DNA of 64,000 nucleotides from NCBI GenBank assembly GCA_035549295.1, contig DASZRG010000033.1, positions 2,304 to 66,303 on the forward strand, in the 5' to 3' direction. Below are positions 1-9,368 of this stretch, piece by piece; the first letter of the stretch is position 1; every line of letters begins with the position of its first letter. Position numbers and translations under genes: made by a program. This DNA comes from Patescibacteria group bacterium (GTDB lineage Bacteria > Patescibacteriota > Microgenomatia > Levybacterales > GWA1-39-11). The notes under the pieces are model-generated. The model was not told where the DNA came from, searched no databases, and saw nothing but the letters and a program-made list of their open reading frames with translations.

Positions 1-24
1 CAGAAAACGTAAGACTTATCAATA

Positions 25-1593
25 CTACTTTAGCTCCAACCCTTCTCCTGCTACTGCCTTGACGTTTTCAATAAATGGTATAAATTGCTCTTGGTATCTC
101 AGCAGAGCTTGAAAAGCAATCATACCTATTTGCACTGGTCCATTAAACTGCGTTGGCTCATTCGGCTTAGGCTGCTCACCCATTACATGTGAGTAAGTAA
201 TCCTTGTTCTATTCCAAATTTTACTCCAATCATCCTGAGTACTTCTCACGCTTGGATGAGAAATCAATAACATCTGTACCCCAACCATACCTGATATCCA
301 CGACTCTTCCGACGCGAAACGTGATTTACCTGATTTGTCAGTCCTTTTTTTAATATCATCTATTACTTCCTTCGGAAGTGGCGGTGCACTTCTTGTATCA
401 TGTAGAACAAAACCGTAAGAACCATCGGGAGCTTCTTGTACTCGAACTACTGGGATAGCTAGTTCACCAAACTTAACATTCCCATCTGGATACTGAATAC
501 CTGCAATCGCACCCTCGAGCTTTTCCCTAGATCCATCACCTATAAAAATATTACCAGTCTCATCATCCACTTCAATATCAATATATTTGCGAAACTTTCC
601 TTCTTTCAAAAGTGTATATTCGTTTCTGGGGACATTGTAAAAACCCTCACCTATTTTTATAATTGTGTGGCCTTTTACGTCCTTTGCTTGCCTTAAAATA
701 TTCTTATCCAATAAGTCTTCGTTATATACAGCATTTCCATCTTCATCTTTGTATAAAGTTGCACGCCTTCTTCCTGCTTCTGCCACATATGGATTAAACA
801 TCTCAAGCTCATCCGGTGACCCTTGTCCTCTTATGAGACGTGCGGCTTTATTTCTGCTGATAGATCGCCCGGACGTCTTCAGATGTCTCACTTCATCTTC
901 TGACAACATAAAAAATCGAGTTAAAAGTGCTGGGTCAATAGGAGCTTTCCCTTCAATCATATCTTTTATAACTCTTTTTGCATCGTCTAAGTCGGGACGT
1001 TCAATCGCTGGTAAACCAGAAAGTGCGTCAATTGCATGACGAGTCTTAATAGCAAGACTAAGATTTTCCTGGTATTGTTTTATGTTCGAATTTATATATT
1101 CGTGCATTTTTCCATCTCCAAAAACCTTGGCCTGATGCTCAAGGGATCCGAAATAGGCGCCCCACACTCCAGGCATACCCTCCTCATGCCTCGCTCGTCG
1201 TTTGTGATCTGAATGCAGGATAGTGTAAATATCGGAGGAGGCATCACCAATACCTGGATCGCTATTTGAGATTTTTAACAATCTTGTATACAGCTCCACC
1301 CCATTCAACGGCGGAAAGACTATGGCATACTCTTGACCTGCGTCATGCGGTATTGAATAAACTGATACGCTATCGTGAGGAATGGGGTTTTCTCTGTCTT
1401 CAGGCTGCAGGAGCTTAACAAGAGGTACGTTATGAATAACACGAACTTGCTGCTCAGGTCTTTTTAATTCATTGTTTTGATAGTCGACTGGTTGGACCTC
1501 GGAACTCATGATTGGAGATTTTAGCACATTTTGAGGTTTATAGCTTTTGGATAATAGTTTTTTACAATAAAAAAACGCTTCTGAGAAGCACAT
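25..1593 (-). CDS. hypothetical protein (522 aa), tandem paralog 1 of 2
   Basis: Long uninterrupted ORF. It is colinear with and clearly similar to the adjacent 1724..3268 product. Shared blocks include SWISGMVGVQML and the C-terminus FIPFI[ED]NVKAVAGEG[LS]ELK. No known family recognised. Confidence 0.5.
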   Translation of the reverse strand: MCFSEAFFYCKKLLSKSYKPQNVLKSPIMSSEVQPVDYQNNELKRPEQQVRVIHNVPLVKLLQPEDRENPIPHDSVSVYSIPHDAGQEYAIVFPPLNGVELYTRLLKISNSDPGIGDASSDIYTILHSDHKRRARHEEGMPGVWGAYFGSLEHQAKVFGDGKMHEYINSNIKQYQENLSLAIKTRHAIDALSGLPAIERPDLDDAKRVIKDMIEGKAPIDPALLTRFFMLSEDEVRHLKTSGRSISRNKAARLIRGQGSPDELEMFNPYVAEAGRRRATLYKDEDGNAVYNEDLLDKNILRQAKDVKGHTIIKIGEGFYNVPRNEYTLLKEGKFRKYIDIEVDDETGNIFIGDGSREKLEGAIAGIQYPDGNVKFGELAIPVVRVQEAPDGSYGFVLHDTRSAPPLPKEVIDDIKKRTDKSGKSRFASEESWISGMVGVQMLLISHPSVRSTQDDWSKIWNRTRITYSHVMGEQPKPNEPTQFNGPVQIGMIAFQALLRYQEQFIPFIENVKAVAGEGLELK

Positions 1594-1723
1594 AATGATT
1601 ATACTAAACTGACTTTCTCCTCGACTAAATTTCTAGTTTAGAGTGACCCTTCACCTTCGCTCCGCTCAACCAGTTGTTTTTGGAATAAAAGTGTTTTATC
1701 AGAAACGAGAAGAGTTATCTATA

Positions 1724-3268
1724 CTACTTTAACTCCGATCCTTCTCCTGCTACTGCCTTAACGTTATCGATAAATGGTATGAAATGTTCTGGATAGCGAC
1801 TTAGTGCTTGCAATGCAATCACGCCGGATTGAACCGGACCATTTACTTGATCTTCAAAAAATTGATAATTAATCTTATGTTTTGGCGCATCTCCTGTAAC
1901 ATCTGCGAACGTAATTCTTTTTTTTCCCCAAATCAAACTCCAAGTGTCTTCTATTTTTCGAATAGTTGGATGAGAAGCAGTAAGCATCTGCACACCAACC
2001 ATGCCTGAAATCCAACTTTTATCACTCTCGAGAATCGAACCCCCTACATCATCTGTCCAAGCAACAATATCATTCAAGACCGCTTCTGGAAGTTCAGGTG
2101 AAGTCTTTAACTCATTCAGGATAAAGCCAAAATTTCCATTATCATCTTCAAGAATTCTTACTATAGGTATAGCAAGTCTTCCATGGGGCAACGGCTTCAT
2201 TTCAGGCTTTTTCAATCCTGCAAGATGAGATTCTAAAACTTGTATCGTATCGTCGTACTCAACTCTACCTTCCTCATCAACATTTATCTTAATTTTCATA
2301 CCAGTCTTATCATTTAAAAATCCTTCAAGGACAACATCATGAGGAAATCCATATTTTCTTTCGTTAATTTGTATGACAGTGCAATTTCTAACGTCAGCAA
2401 AACTTGCCGTCGCCATTTTTGTCATTTGTACTTCATTGTATGAAACATCACCATTTTCATCTACAATCATTCCAGATTTAGCTTTTGCTGCGGCTACAAC
2501 TGCAGGCTCAAAGTCTGCAAGCTGTTTGGGCGAACCCTTACCCCTTAAAAGTTCTGCTGCCTTTCCAATAGACAACAGTTTTTTACTTTTGTGAAATCTT
2601 CTCACTTCATCACCTTTCAGGTTAAAAAATTTTCTTAAAAACTCAACATCAGTTTCGCATCTATCCTCTAAAGCGTCCTTTGCGTCTTGTTTTAGATGTT
2701 CTATTCCTTCTGAGACTTCCTCAACCGTTGTTCCAGTGGTGCTTTTTAAAATCTCAAGAAGTCGTCTTGTTGCTTCAAAGTCATCATTATAAGCCTTGCT
2801 ATCCTTCCTAAATTCATGCTGCATTATTCTATTGTTATAATTTCCATCGAAAAGAACGTCTCTCTGAAGTCTAACTGAACTAAAATATGCTCCCCATAAG
2901 AGTCCCATTCCTTGCCCATGTTCGCCTCGAAGTCGTGGTCCATTTCCACCCCGGTGTGACAAAATCATATTATAATCATCTATCACTCCTGTGAAGCCGT
3001 CCTCTTGCACGGAAACGCTGTTCTGAACATCAAGAAGTTTTATACCATCTTTCGGCGCAAAGACTACTGCATATTCCGTCCCTTCAGGACGCGGAATAGT
3101 ATATATAGAAACGCGGTCTGTCGAGATGGGATTGTTTTGGTCTTTAGGCTCAAGAAGTCCTGCCAGCGGAAAATTACGCATAACCATTACTGGGGATTCA
3201 GAAGTTCTGAGTTCGGCTCTACCTGCAAAGTCCTGCGCATGTGGCTCAAATCTTTGTTCGGCTGTCAT
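1724..3268 (-). CDS. hypothetical protein (514 aa), tandem paralog 2 of 2
   Basis: Full-length paralog of 25..1593. The duplicated 3' flank is also conserved: cagaaaacgtaagacttatcaatactactttagctcc at 1-37 versus cagaaacgagaagagttatctatactactttaactcc at 1700-1737. Confidence 0.5.
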   Translation of the reverse strand: MTAEQRFEPHAQDFAGRAELRTSESPVMVMRNFPLAGLLEPKDQNNPISTDRVSIYTIPRPEGTEYAVVFAPKDGIKLLDVQNSVSVQEDGFTGVIDDYNMILSHRGGNGPRLRGEHGQGMGLLWGAYFSSVRLQRDVLFDGNYNNRIMQHEFRKDSKAYNDDFEATRRLLEILKSTTGTTVEEVSEGIEHLKQDAKDALEDRCETDVEFLRKFFNLKGDEVRRFHKSKKLLSIGKAAELLRGKGSPKQLADFEPAVVAAAKAKSGMIVDENGDVSYNEVQMTKMATASFADVRNCTVIQINERKYGFPHDVVLEGFLNDKTGMKIKINVDEEGRVEYDDTIQVLESHLAGLKKPEMKPLPHGRLAIPIVRILEDDNGNFGFILNELKTSPELPEAVLNDIVAWTDDVGGSILESDKSWISGMVGVQMLTASHPTIRKIEDTWSLIWGKKRITFADVTGDAPKHKINYQFFEDQVNGPVQSGVIALQALSRYPEHFIPFIDNVKAVAGEGSELK

Positions 3269-3311
3269 TGCCTGTGGATTATATTAACAATAGGCGCAAG
3301 TTTCAACTTTT

Positions 3312-5069
3312 TTAAAAGATGATTCTCACGCCGCCGAGTTCTTCGTAGTCGAATTCGTGGAAGTGGTGAATTGACCCTATGAGGATTCTATTTGTGTGGC
3401 TCTTGTACTCTTTCGCTATAGCCTTTACCGCCTGGGGACCAAATCTAAAATCCTTATAAACACAATCTATCTTAAAATGAGGAAAAGCGCCTGCCGCCTG
3501 AAGATGTGGAATAGCATTCTTTATCTCCTTGAATCTATCTCGGTCGTCTTTGTTATCGTGGTTGGCGCAATGGACGAGCGTTATATTCCATGCTGTTTCG
3601 TTGGAGTTTATATAGTGAAGTAGCGGATAGAGTCGCTCAACGTGATTGACAAATGCTATCACTCGACCGCTTGTCAGGTCTTCAAAGTGCGCCTCAATAT
3701 ATCTGTGTACAAAGCCAATATTTTTCGTCAGGCGCAATATTATCCTAAGGCTTAGATCCTCAAAGACTATCGACATGACAATAATAATCGCCGGTATGAA
3801 ATATATCGCAAAGTAAAAAAGATTGGTTGTATCTATTTTGATATTTCCTGCAATTCCCGAGAGCGTTGCCAGGAAAGCTACGATAACAAATACAGCAGGA
3901 GCGTTATACGTGCGTTTGAGCTCAGTTCTCGTCTCGCGAAGTATCAGATTGCCCAGTGCAAACATACTCATGACTCCAAGAAATGCGATAGTATAAACAC
4001 CGGCAAGTGACAAAATATTTCCACCGGTAAGAATTAATATCGATGCACATAGAAGAAAGAAAAGAATAATAATTCTTGGGTGACTTCCACTCTTGCTTCT
4101 CTTTGTCAAAAAGCCAGGAAGACATGCGTCGGATGCCATTCTGTAGATAAGCCCAGTCACACCAACAAATGATGTGAGTACTGCACCAGCAAGTACCAAA
4201 AATGCATCAATGACAATAAATATTTGAAAGTAATGACCTCCCATAACAGCTGCTTCCTGAGACAGTAAGAAGTCTTTTGCAGCGACGATTGATGACAGAG
4301 GCGAAAGACCAAGGATGATAAGTGCGATCAATGGATTGAAAATTGCGACACCTATCAACATGTTACGAAGTGTCTTTCGAAAAACTCCCTCATCCTGCTC
4401 TTCGACAAAATTGGCAGATGACTCAAATCCAGATACCCCAAGAAGTGATGCAGAGAATCCTAGGAAAAGTGCTGCTACTATACCGCCTTCTTTGTGAAGA
4501 ACAGTTGTTGTGTGCAACAAATTCTGAAGAAAGAAAGTGTGATGAGTAAAAAGTGTATAGCCACCTAGTGCGACAAAGGAAACAAGACTTACTATGTGAA
4601 GTATAAAAATACCAAGCGCAAGCTTCGCCGAATCCTTAATCCCTCCTATAACAAGCAGTGCGAAGAAGAAAAGCAGAGCTATCGTTGCAGGAATGACTGG
4701 AATCTGTGGCACTATGGTATGCAAATACTCAATACTTACTTTTCCAGAAAGAACAGCTGTTGCAATATACGACAGCATTGTGAGAACTCCTGCAACTGCT
4801 GCGACTGACTTGGAAGTAGCGTTAAGCAGACAGTTGTATGCCCCACCATTTATAGGAAGCGCCTCAACGACCTCTGTATAAACAGACTTATAGAAGAAAA
4901 GAATCGCAACGATTATGACGAGTACAAGTGGTGCGTATACTCCTGCATAAATTACTGCAATTCCTGATACGTAGAGGCATGAACTTAAAATGTCATTTCC
5001 GCAGATGGCGGTTGCTGCCCATTGTCCTAATTTTTTATGTCCAGATTTTTTCTCCATTTTTACCAACAA
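3312..5069 (-). CDS. APC-superfamily amino-acid permease with an extra ~150-aa C-terminal soluble domain
   Basis: About 12 hydrophobic segments. N-terminal block GQWAATAICGNDILSSCLYVSG and GGAYNCLL are typical of APC transporters. The C-terminal ~150 aa are hydrophilic. The true start may be the internal MEKKSG, 12 nt downstream. Confidence 0.6.
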   Translation of the reverse strand: MLVKMEKKSGHKKLGQWAATAICGNDILSSCLYVSGIAVIYAGVYAPLVLVIIVAILFFYKSVYTEVVEALPINGGAYNCLLNATSKSVAAVAGVLTMLSYIATAVLSGKVSIEYLHTIVPQIPVIPATIALLFFFALLVIGGIKDSAKLALGIFILHIVSLVSFVALGGYTLFTHHTFFLQNLLHTTTVLHKEGGIVAALFLGFSASLLGVSGFESSANFVEEQDEGVFRKTLRNMLIGVAIFNPLIALIILGLSPLSSIVAAKDFLLSQEAAVMGGHYFQIFIVIDAFLVLAGAVLTSFVGVTGLIYRMASDACLPGFLTKRSKSGSHPRIIILFFLLCASILILTGGNILSLAGVYTIAFLGVMSMFALGNLILRETRTELKRTYNAPAVFVIVAFLATLSGIAGNIKIDTTNLFYFAIYFIPAIIIVMSIVFEDLSLRIILRLTKNIGFVHRYIEAHFEDLTSGRVIAFVNHVERLYPLLHYINSNETAWNITLVHCANHDNKDDRDRFKEIKNAIPHLQAAGAFPHFKIDCVYKDFRFGPQAVKAIAKEYKSHTNRILIGSIHHFHEFDYEELGGVRIIF

Positions 5070-5087
5070 AAAACCACCTACAGGTGG
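5066..5087 (-). terminator. hairpin ccacctacaggtgg followed by a T-run on the minus strand (candidate intrinsic terminator or attenuator)
   Basis: Plus strand reads aaaaaaaa-ccacctacaggtgg. On the minus strand this is a 6-bp stem hairpin plus a U-tract. It lies ~95 nt downstream of the 5181..5585 gene and immediately upstream of the permease start. Confidence 0.35.
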
Positions 5088-5180
5088 CTTGCCCTGAGCC
5101 CTAAGCTGTTTTACGCGAGGAAATCATTATAGACACGAACACATAAAAATTTCAAGTGTCCTACTAAAATTTCTTACAAA

Positions 5181-5585
5181 TTAAACAATTTGTTCTATTC
5201 TCACTCTTGGGGTTAAGTGAACGTAGACGCCATGAACTTCAATTTTTCGATCTTCAAGTATTTCTTGCACTGTATCCACAGTCTTTTTAATATCCTCTTT
5301 TTGCTGCTCTTCGTTAACTGGATTACCGGCACAGTTTTCGTGACCATGAACTATTATTCCTGAGCTCTTATGCTTATCAGTTGAAACAAGTATCATTCCT
5401 TTTACGTCTTCGTACATTTCAGGATCTGTCTCCTTTTTTGAGAAAACTCCAACTAAACCTGCTTCCGTAACTGTATCTGCGAATTCAGCACCGAAAATAA
5501 GAGAAGCATAGCGATTAACCGCTTTCTGTACCCGTCCATCCATACATCCAACTGATGTAAAAAACGTTGCGATTGGATCTGCCAT
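5181..5585 (-). CDS. small beta-carbonic-anhydrase-like protein (134 aa)
   Basis: Contains C-x-D-x-R-V (GCMDGRVQ) and, ~75 aa later, H-x-x-C-x-G (VHGHENCAGN). These are the two zinc-site motifs of beta-class carbonic anhydrases. The protein is shorter than canonical beta-CAs. Confidence 0.35.
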   Translation of the reverse strand: MADPIATFFTSVGCMDGRVQKAVNRYASLIFGAEFADTVTEAGLVGVFSKKETDPEMYEDVKGMILVSTDKHKSSGIIVHGHENCAGNPVNEEQQKEDIKKTVDTVQEILEDRKIEVHGVYVHLTPRVRIEQIV

Positions 5586-5679
5586 AAAGATCTATTATAT
5601 AAAACTTCTCATAACTTTCAAGATCCCATAATACTTGAAAAAGTAGTAAAAAATGAGTATAATTTCGACTTGTTAAAAT

Positions 5680-6852
5680 ATGACAAACGAATCAGAACAA
5701 TTCGTACCTCGAGAAGTAACTGAAGTCAGGAAAAAAGACAAAATTACTGCAGAAAGCCTCCTCTCTGATAATAGATCCGATAAAGCAAGAACAAATATTA
5801 CCATCTGGCACGAAAATGCTGCTGCTGGCCTCCTAATTGAATCTGACACATGCGGCGATGCAAGGCAAGAGGTGCCAGATTTAACACGGGCTGTCATCGT
5901 GCAAAGTATTGGCACCGCCGGATCAAAAGAAGAATATCGTGGTCTTATAAATCACAGGTCAATTAAAGCTGCTGTAAATGTCGCCCATTTTGCAGGAAAT
6001 ACTGTTAGACCCGGAGTTGCACCAACTGGCTGCGGTGGGCTTGCCGCAAAAGAAGAAATGGTTGCCAAAGGACAACAAGGCAGCAGAGAAGGTATCGGTC
6101 ATTATGTTGAAAATGATATATATCACTCAGATGTCATTGTCCAAACATGTGTTTCGGCAATTCAAATGGCCGATATGACGGACAAACCTGTACTTGCCGC
6201 AGCTCAAGATCATCTTACTGGAATAATTTTACCTCTGATTGCTTTCTGGACGAAGGGCAATACCAGATATAGCATTCACAACAGATCACTAACCATGGAT
6301 GACATTCTCAGACCTGAGAAATATAGTCCTTCAAAAATCTATCGAGATGGACTTCCAATTATAGATGAGGAAGATTTGCCAGAAGTTTTCCATGAATATT
6401 TAATGGCAAACACAATTGAGACTCGCGACCTCCATGTTAAATATCCTGATTTTCGCGAGAGGCAAACCACACAAAATCCATCAACTGTTTTGTTATCAAC
6501 TGATATAAGACCCCCTCGACTTAGGCTACCTGAAAGTTTTGACGAGCCTGGCTCTGTTTTCAGACTTAGCTTACCAAGGAGAAAGTTTGCCAATGGGACT
6601 GACATTTCCGTGGAGATACCTGAAAAAGACCTTGTGAGTGTCGTAAACCAAACACAATACCCAATAGAGCACTTCAGCAATGTAGAAAATCTAATTATTG
6701 AAACCAGAGATTTTCAGGTTTCACTGGATCTCATGGGCCATTTTATGGCAAAGCCATGGATGAAAGACTGGCGAGAAAAAGGTGGGAAACAAGTAATTTT
6801 AGTTGAAACACAGGGAGGACGAATAAATAGAATTGCCGACGTTAAACTCTAA
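5680..6852 (+). CDS. hypothetical protein (390 aa) with a degenerate beta-CA-like N-terminal region
   Basis: Long ORF divergent from 5181..5585. It has CGDAR, then VIVQSIGTAG, then PTGCGG with the spacing of beta-CA motifs, but the His is replaced. The 3' end overlaps the dprA stop by 11 nt. Confidence 0.45.
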   Translation: MTNESEQFVPREVTEVRKKDKITAESLLSDNRSDKARTNITIWHENAAAGLLIESDTCGDARQEVPDLTRAVIVQSIGTAGSKEEYRGLINHRSIKAAVNVAHFAGNTVRPGVAPTGCGGLAAKEEMVAKGQQGSREGIGHYVENDIYHSDVIVQTCVSAIQMADMTDKPVLAAAQDHLTGIILPLIAFWTKGNTRYSIHNRSLTMDDILRPEKYSPSKIYRDGLPIIDEEDLPEVFHEYLMANTIETRDLHVKYPDFRERQTTQNPSTVLLSTDIRPPRLRLPESFDEPGSVFRLSLPRRKFANGTDISVEIPEKDLVSVVNQTQYPIEHFSNVENLIIETRDFQVSLDLMGHFMAKPWMKDWREKGGKQVILVETQGGRINRIADVKL

Positions 6853-8008
6853 ATTTACCTTCAGAACTTTTCAGTATTCCAGAAAGCTCCATTTTTGATA
6901 GCATTACGGAAAGTTTTGTATTTGGAATTTTGGTCTCGCGGGAAATCTCATCAATTGTCTTTTCCTCATCCTGAACACAATAAAAAATTTTCCGCTCATC
7001 TGCGTTCAGAGATTGCTTTGTCGCTTCGCTCCTCGCAATGACATAAATACCTGATTCGTGATTCTTGATTCTTAATTCGCTTAATATGTCGTCTACTGAA
7101 CTAACCAAAATCGCTCCTTGTTTTAATAATTTTAAACTTCCTTGACTCATTTGAGATGTAATCGGACCTGGTACTGCAAAAACTGTTTTGCCTTGTTTTA
7201 TTGCGAACTCGGCAGTAATAAGTGAACCACTCCCCTCTGCTGCTTCCGTGATAAGAACCGATGAACTTAGACCTGAAACAATTCGGTTGCGAGCTGGAAA
7301 CGAACCAACTGTTGCTGGCATACCTAGCGGATATTCTGAAATAATTAAGCCATTTTTATCGAGAATATTTTCATAAAGCTTTTCGTTTTCTCGAGGATAA
7401 GGACAATCAACTCCACATCCAAGAACAGCGATTGTTGAACCATTTGCATCAAGCGTCGCTTGATGAGCAACTCCATCTACTCCAAGCGCCATACCAGAGA
7501 CGATAATAAAACCATATGAGACGAGCTGTGAGACTAATGTTTCAGTAACTTGCCTACCGTAAGAAGTAATCTTGCGCGCACCGACGACGGCGATGACGGA
7601 AGAATTTGCCTGATCCTGGTCAAGCCAGGATGACAAATTCTGTCGAGATTCTGAAACAAGTTCAGAATGACAGGATAAAAGTAGTTCTTTGTTTCCTTTT
7701 ACGTAAAGGCCGATCGGTGGTGAATCGAGCTTCCTCAGACTTTCTGGATAATATTTATCTCCATAAGGGATAAAAGTCACTCGTGCTTTATTGAGCATTC
7801 CAAGATAATTTTGTATATCGAATGACTTCTTAAACTCGGCAAACTTTGCAAAATTACTTTTACCAATTCCCACCTCTTTATATTTTGCAAGAGTATCATT
7901 TTCCCATGCGTCGCGTGCTGTCCCAAACTTTTTCAATAGCTTTTGGAATCCCTTTGGACCAACACCAACCGAATTTGAAAAGGCAAGAATGAAATCTCTC
8001 TCAATCAT
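6842..8008 (-). CDS. dprA: DNA processing protein DprA (Smf)
   Basis: N-terminal SAM-like GVGPKGFQKLLKKFGTARDAW. Rossmann core VIAVVGARKITSYGRQ...IVSGMALGVDGVAHQATL...SFPARNRIVSGLS. C-terminal winged helix. Two short repeat elements are embedded in frame; see findings. Confidence 0.85.
   Translation of the reverse strand: MIERDFILAFSNSVGVGPKGFQKLLKKFGTARDAWENDTLAKYKEVGIGKSNFAKFAEFKKSFDIQNYLGMLNKARVTFIPYGDKYYPESLRKLDSPPIGLYVKGNKELLLSCHSELVSESRQNLSSWLDQDQANSSVIAVVGARKITSYGRQVTETLVSQLVSYGFIIVSGMALGVDGVAHQATLDANGSTIAVLGCGVDCPYPRENEKLYENILDKNGLIISEYPLGMPATVGSFPARNRIVSGLSSSVLITEAAEGSGSLITAEFAIKQGKTVFAVPGPITSQMSQGSLKLLKQGAILVSSVDDILSELRIKNHESGIYVIARSEATKQSLNADERKIFYCVQDEEKTIDEISRETKIPNTKLSVMLSKMELSGILKSSEGKFRV
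7018..7054. repeat. 37-bp repeat agagattgctttgtcgcttcgctcctcgcaatgacat inside the dprA CDS
   Basis: 36 of 37 nt identical to the intergenic copy at 11085..11121. Confidence 0.8.
7645..7671. repeat. palindromic hairpin repeat gagattctgaaacaagttcagaatgac inside the dprA CDS
   Basis: 26 of 27 nt identical to 8066..8092. Same family as 16378..16406, 33301..33360 and 39848..39907. Confidence 0.8.
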
Positions 8009-8065
8009 TTGCTTAAGAATATCACATTCTTGTCGTCCTGAGACTCGCTTCAGGACCTCATCGTT

Positions 8066-8092
8066 GAGATTCTGAAACTAGTTCAGAATGAC
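8066..8092. repeat. palindromic hairpin repeat gagattctgaaactagttcagaatgac in the dprA 5' region
   Basis: Stem attctgaaac/gttcagaat. Copy of 7645..7671. Confidence 0.8.
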
Positions 8093-8120
8093 GTCGTATT
8101 GGGTGTGGTAAAATTGATGT

Positions 8121-8939
8121 ATGAAAGTTAGGTTTCTTCATCTTAATATTTTTCAGGGGAAATATTTTACAAGAATAGTAAAGTTTATAAAGGAAAATGA
8201 CATAGATTTGCTTCATCTGCAGGAAGTGACAGGCGGAAAACTAAGCAAAGGCGGCGGATTCTCGTATGAGCATGTGCCTGAAGCAAACGAAATGATAATC
8301 GCCCAGGATACTGTAGGAATTGATAATCTCAAAAGGCTAAAAGAAGAATTTCCCTATGACTTTCGATTTGCAAAAACGTCAGGCTTTGTTGGGGACCCTA
8401 CAGCATATTACGGCAATGGAACTTTCTTCAGACCTGAGTTTAAATTGCTTGATGAAAAGATCATAGTATTACATCCGGAGAATGAAGAGACTCCTGAATT
8501 TAACAAATGGGAAGAATCAGGAAGATCAGCACTTTTTCTAAAATTTGAAATAGAAAATAAAACTTTTTGGAGCATCAATACTCATCTTGCATGGGGTAAC
8601 AATCCATACGATGCAGATTACAAAACCAAACAGGCACAACTTATCATCGACGAGATTGAAAAGCTAAAAGAACCATTTATCTTGAGTGGAGACTTTAATA
8701 TGGTTGCCGAGACTCAGGTTGTTGCAATGTTTGAAAAGTATGGGACCAACTGGACAAAAAAAGAAGGTATTACAAATACATTAAATGGGCATGTTCACGG
8801 TATAAAAAAACTATTTCCGCCGGGTCTTGCTGTCGACTATGTCTTCACCTCACCTGAAGTAAACGTAAAATCATATAGGCTAGTTGATGAAATTGACCTC
8901 TCTGACCACTATGGAATGCTTCTGGAGTTAGAGGTCTAG
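8121..8939 (+). CDS. endonuclease/exonuclease/phosphatase (EEP) family protein
   Basis: LLHLQEV, then SINTHLAWGN, then SGDFNM, then LSDHYGM. This is the typical EEP motif order. Confidence 0.7.
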   Translation: MKVRFLHLNIFQGKYFTRIVKFIKENDIDLLHLQEVTGGKLSKGGGFSYEHVPEANEMIIAQDTVGIDNLKRLKEEFPYDFRFAKTSGFVGDPTAYYGNGTFFRPEFKLLDEKIIVLHPENEETPEFNKWEESGRSALFLKFEIENKTFWSINTHLAWGNNPYDADYKTKQAQLIIDEIEKLKEPFILSGDFNMVAETQVVAMFEKYGTNWTKKEGITNTLNGHVHGIKKLFPPGLAVDYVFTSPEVNVKSYRLVDEIDLSDHYGMLLELEV

Positions 8940-8940
8940 A

Positions 8941-9327
8941 CTAACCTCTTGTCTTTTGGAATTCTTCTCTTAACTCGATGTCGATGTCATATGCGCGACG
9001 GTTTGCCTCTTCAATTTGTTCAGGTGTAAATTTAGCCTCCTCAGTCAGATCATTTTCAGCTCTCACAGCATTATTTGCCGTGAAATATGCGAAATTTGCG
9101 AGCATAACATCCCCAGCTTTTTTGTTCTCGGGTGTAAGTCCACGCGTATGAAGCCCCGTCCATGCATCGAAAACCATTGCTTTACCAGCTTCGAACCCGC
9201 CCTCTACTTTGGTTGCAGCAACACCAATATCAGCATATTTTATATTCAGAGGCGTTTTCAAGGGATGGAGATTTCGCTGATCTATAGTTCTCTGTGAAAC
9301 TGGTAAGTCTGCCGATGGTTCTGGCAT
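8941..9327 (-). CDS. hypothetical protein (128 aa)
   Basis: ORF with good coding appearance. No family recognised. Confidence 0.4.
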   Translation of the reverse strand: MPEPSADLPVSQRTIDQRNLHPLKTPLNIKYADIGVAATKVEGGFEAGKAMVFDAWTGLHTRGLTPENKKAGDVMLANFAYFTANNAVRAENDLTEEAKFTPEQIEEANRRAYDIDIELREEFQKTRG

Positions 9328-9368
9328 GATTATGTTATAGCATAGGTTTTAAAATTTTAATACTACTT

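Noticed and set aside
665-4881. Multiple 60-125-aa plus-strand ORFs inside the first three minus-strand genes
   Set aside because: All are nested antisense within long, better-supported ORFs. None has distinct features.
5680-6852. Calling the 390-aa protein a carbonic anhydrase
   Set aside because: The HxxC His is absent and the remaining similarity is motif-level only. Left as hypothetical.
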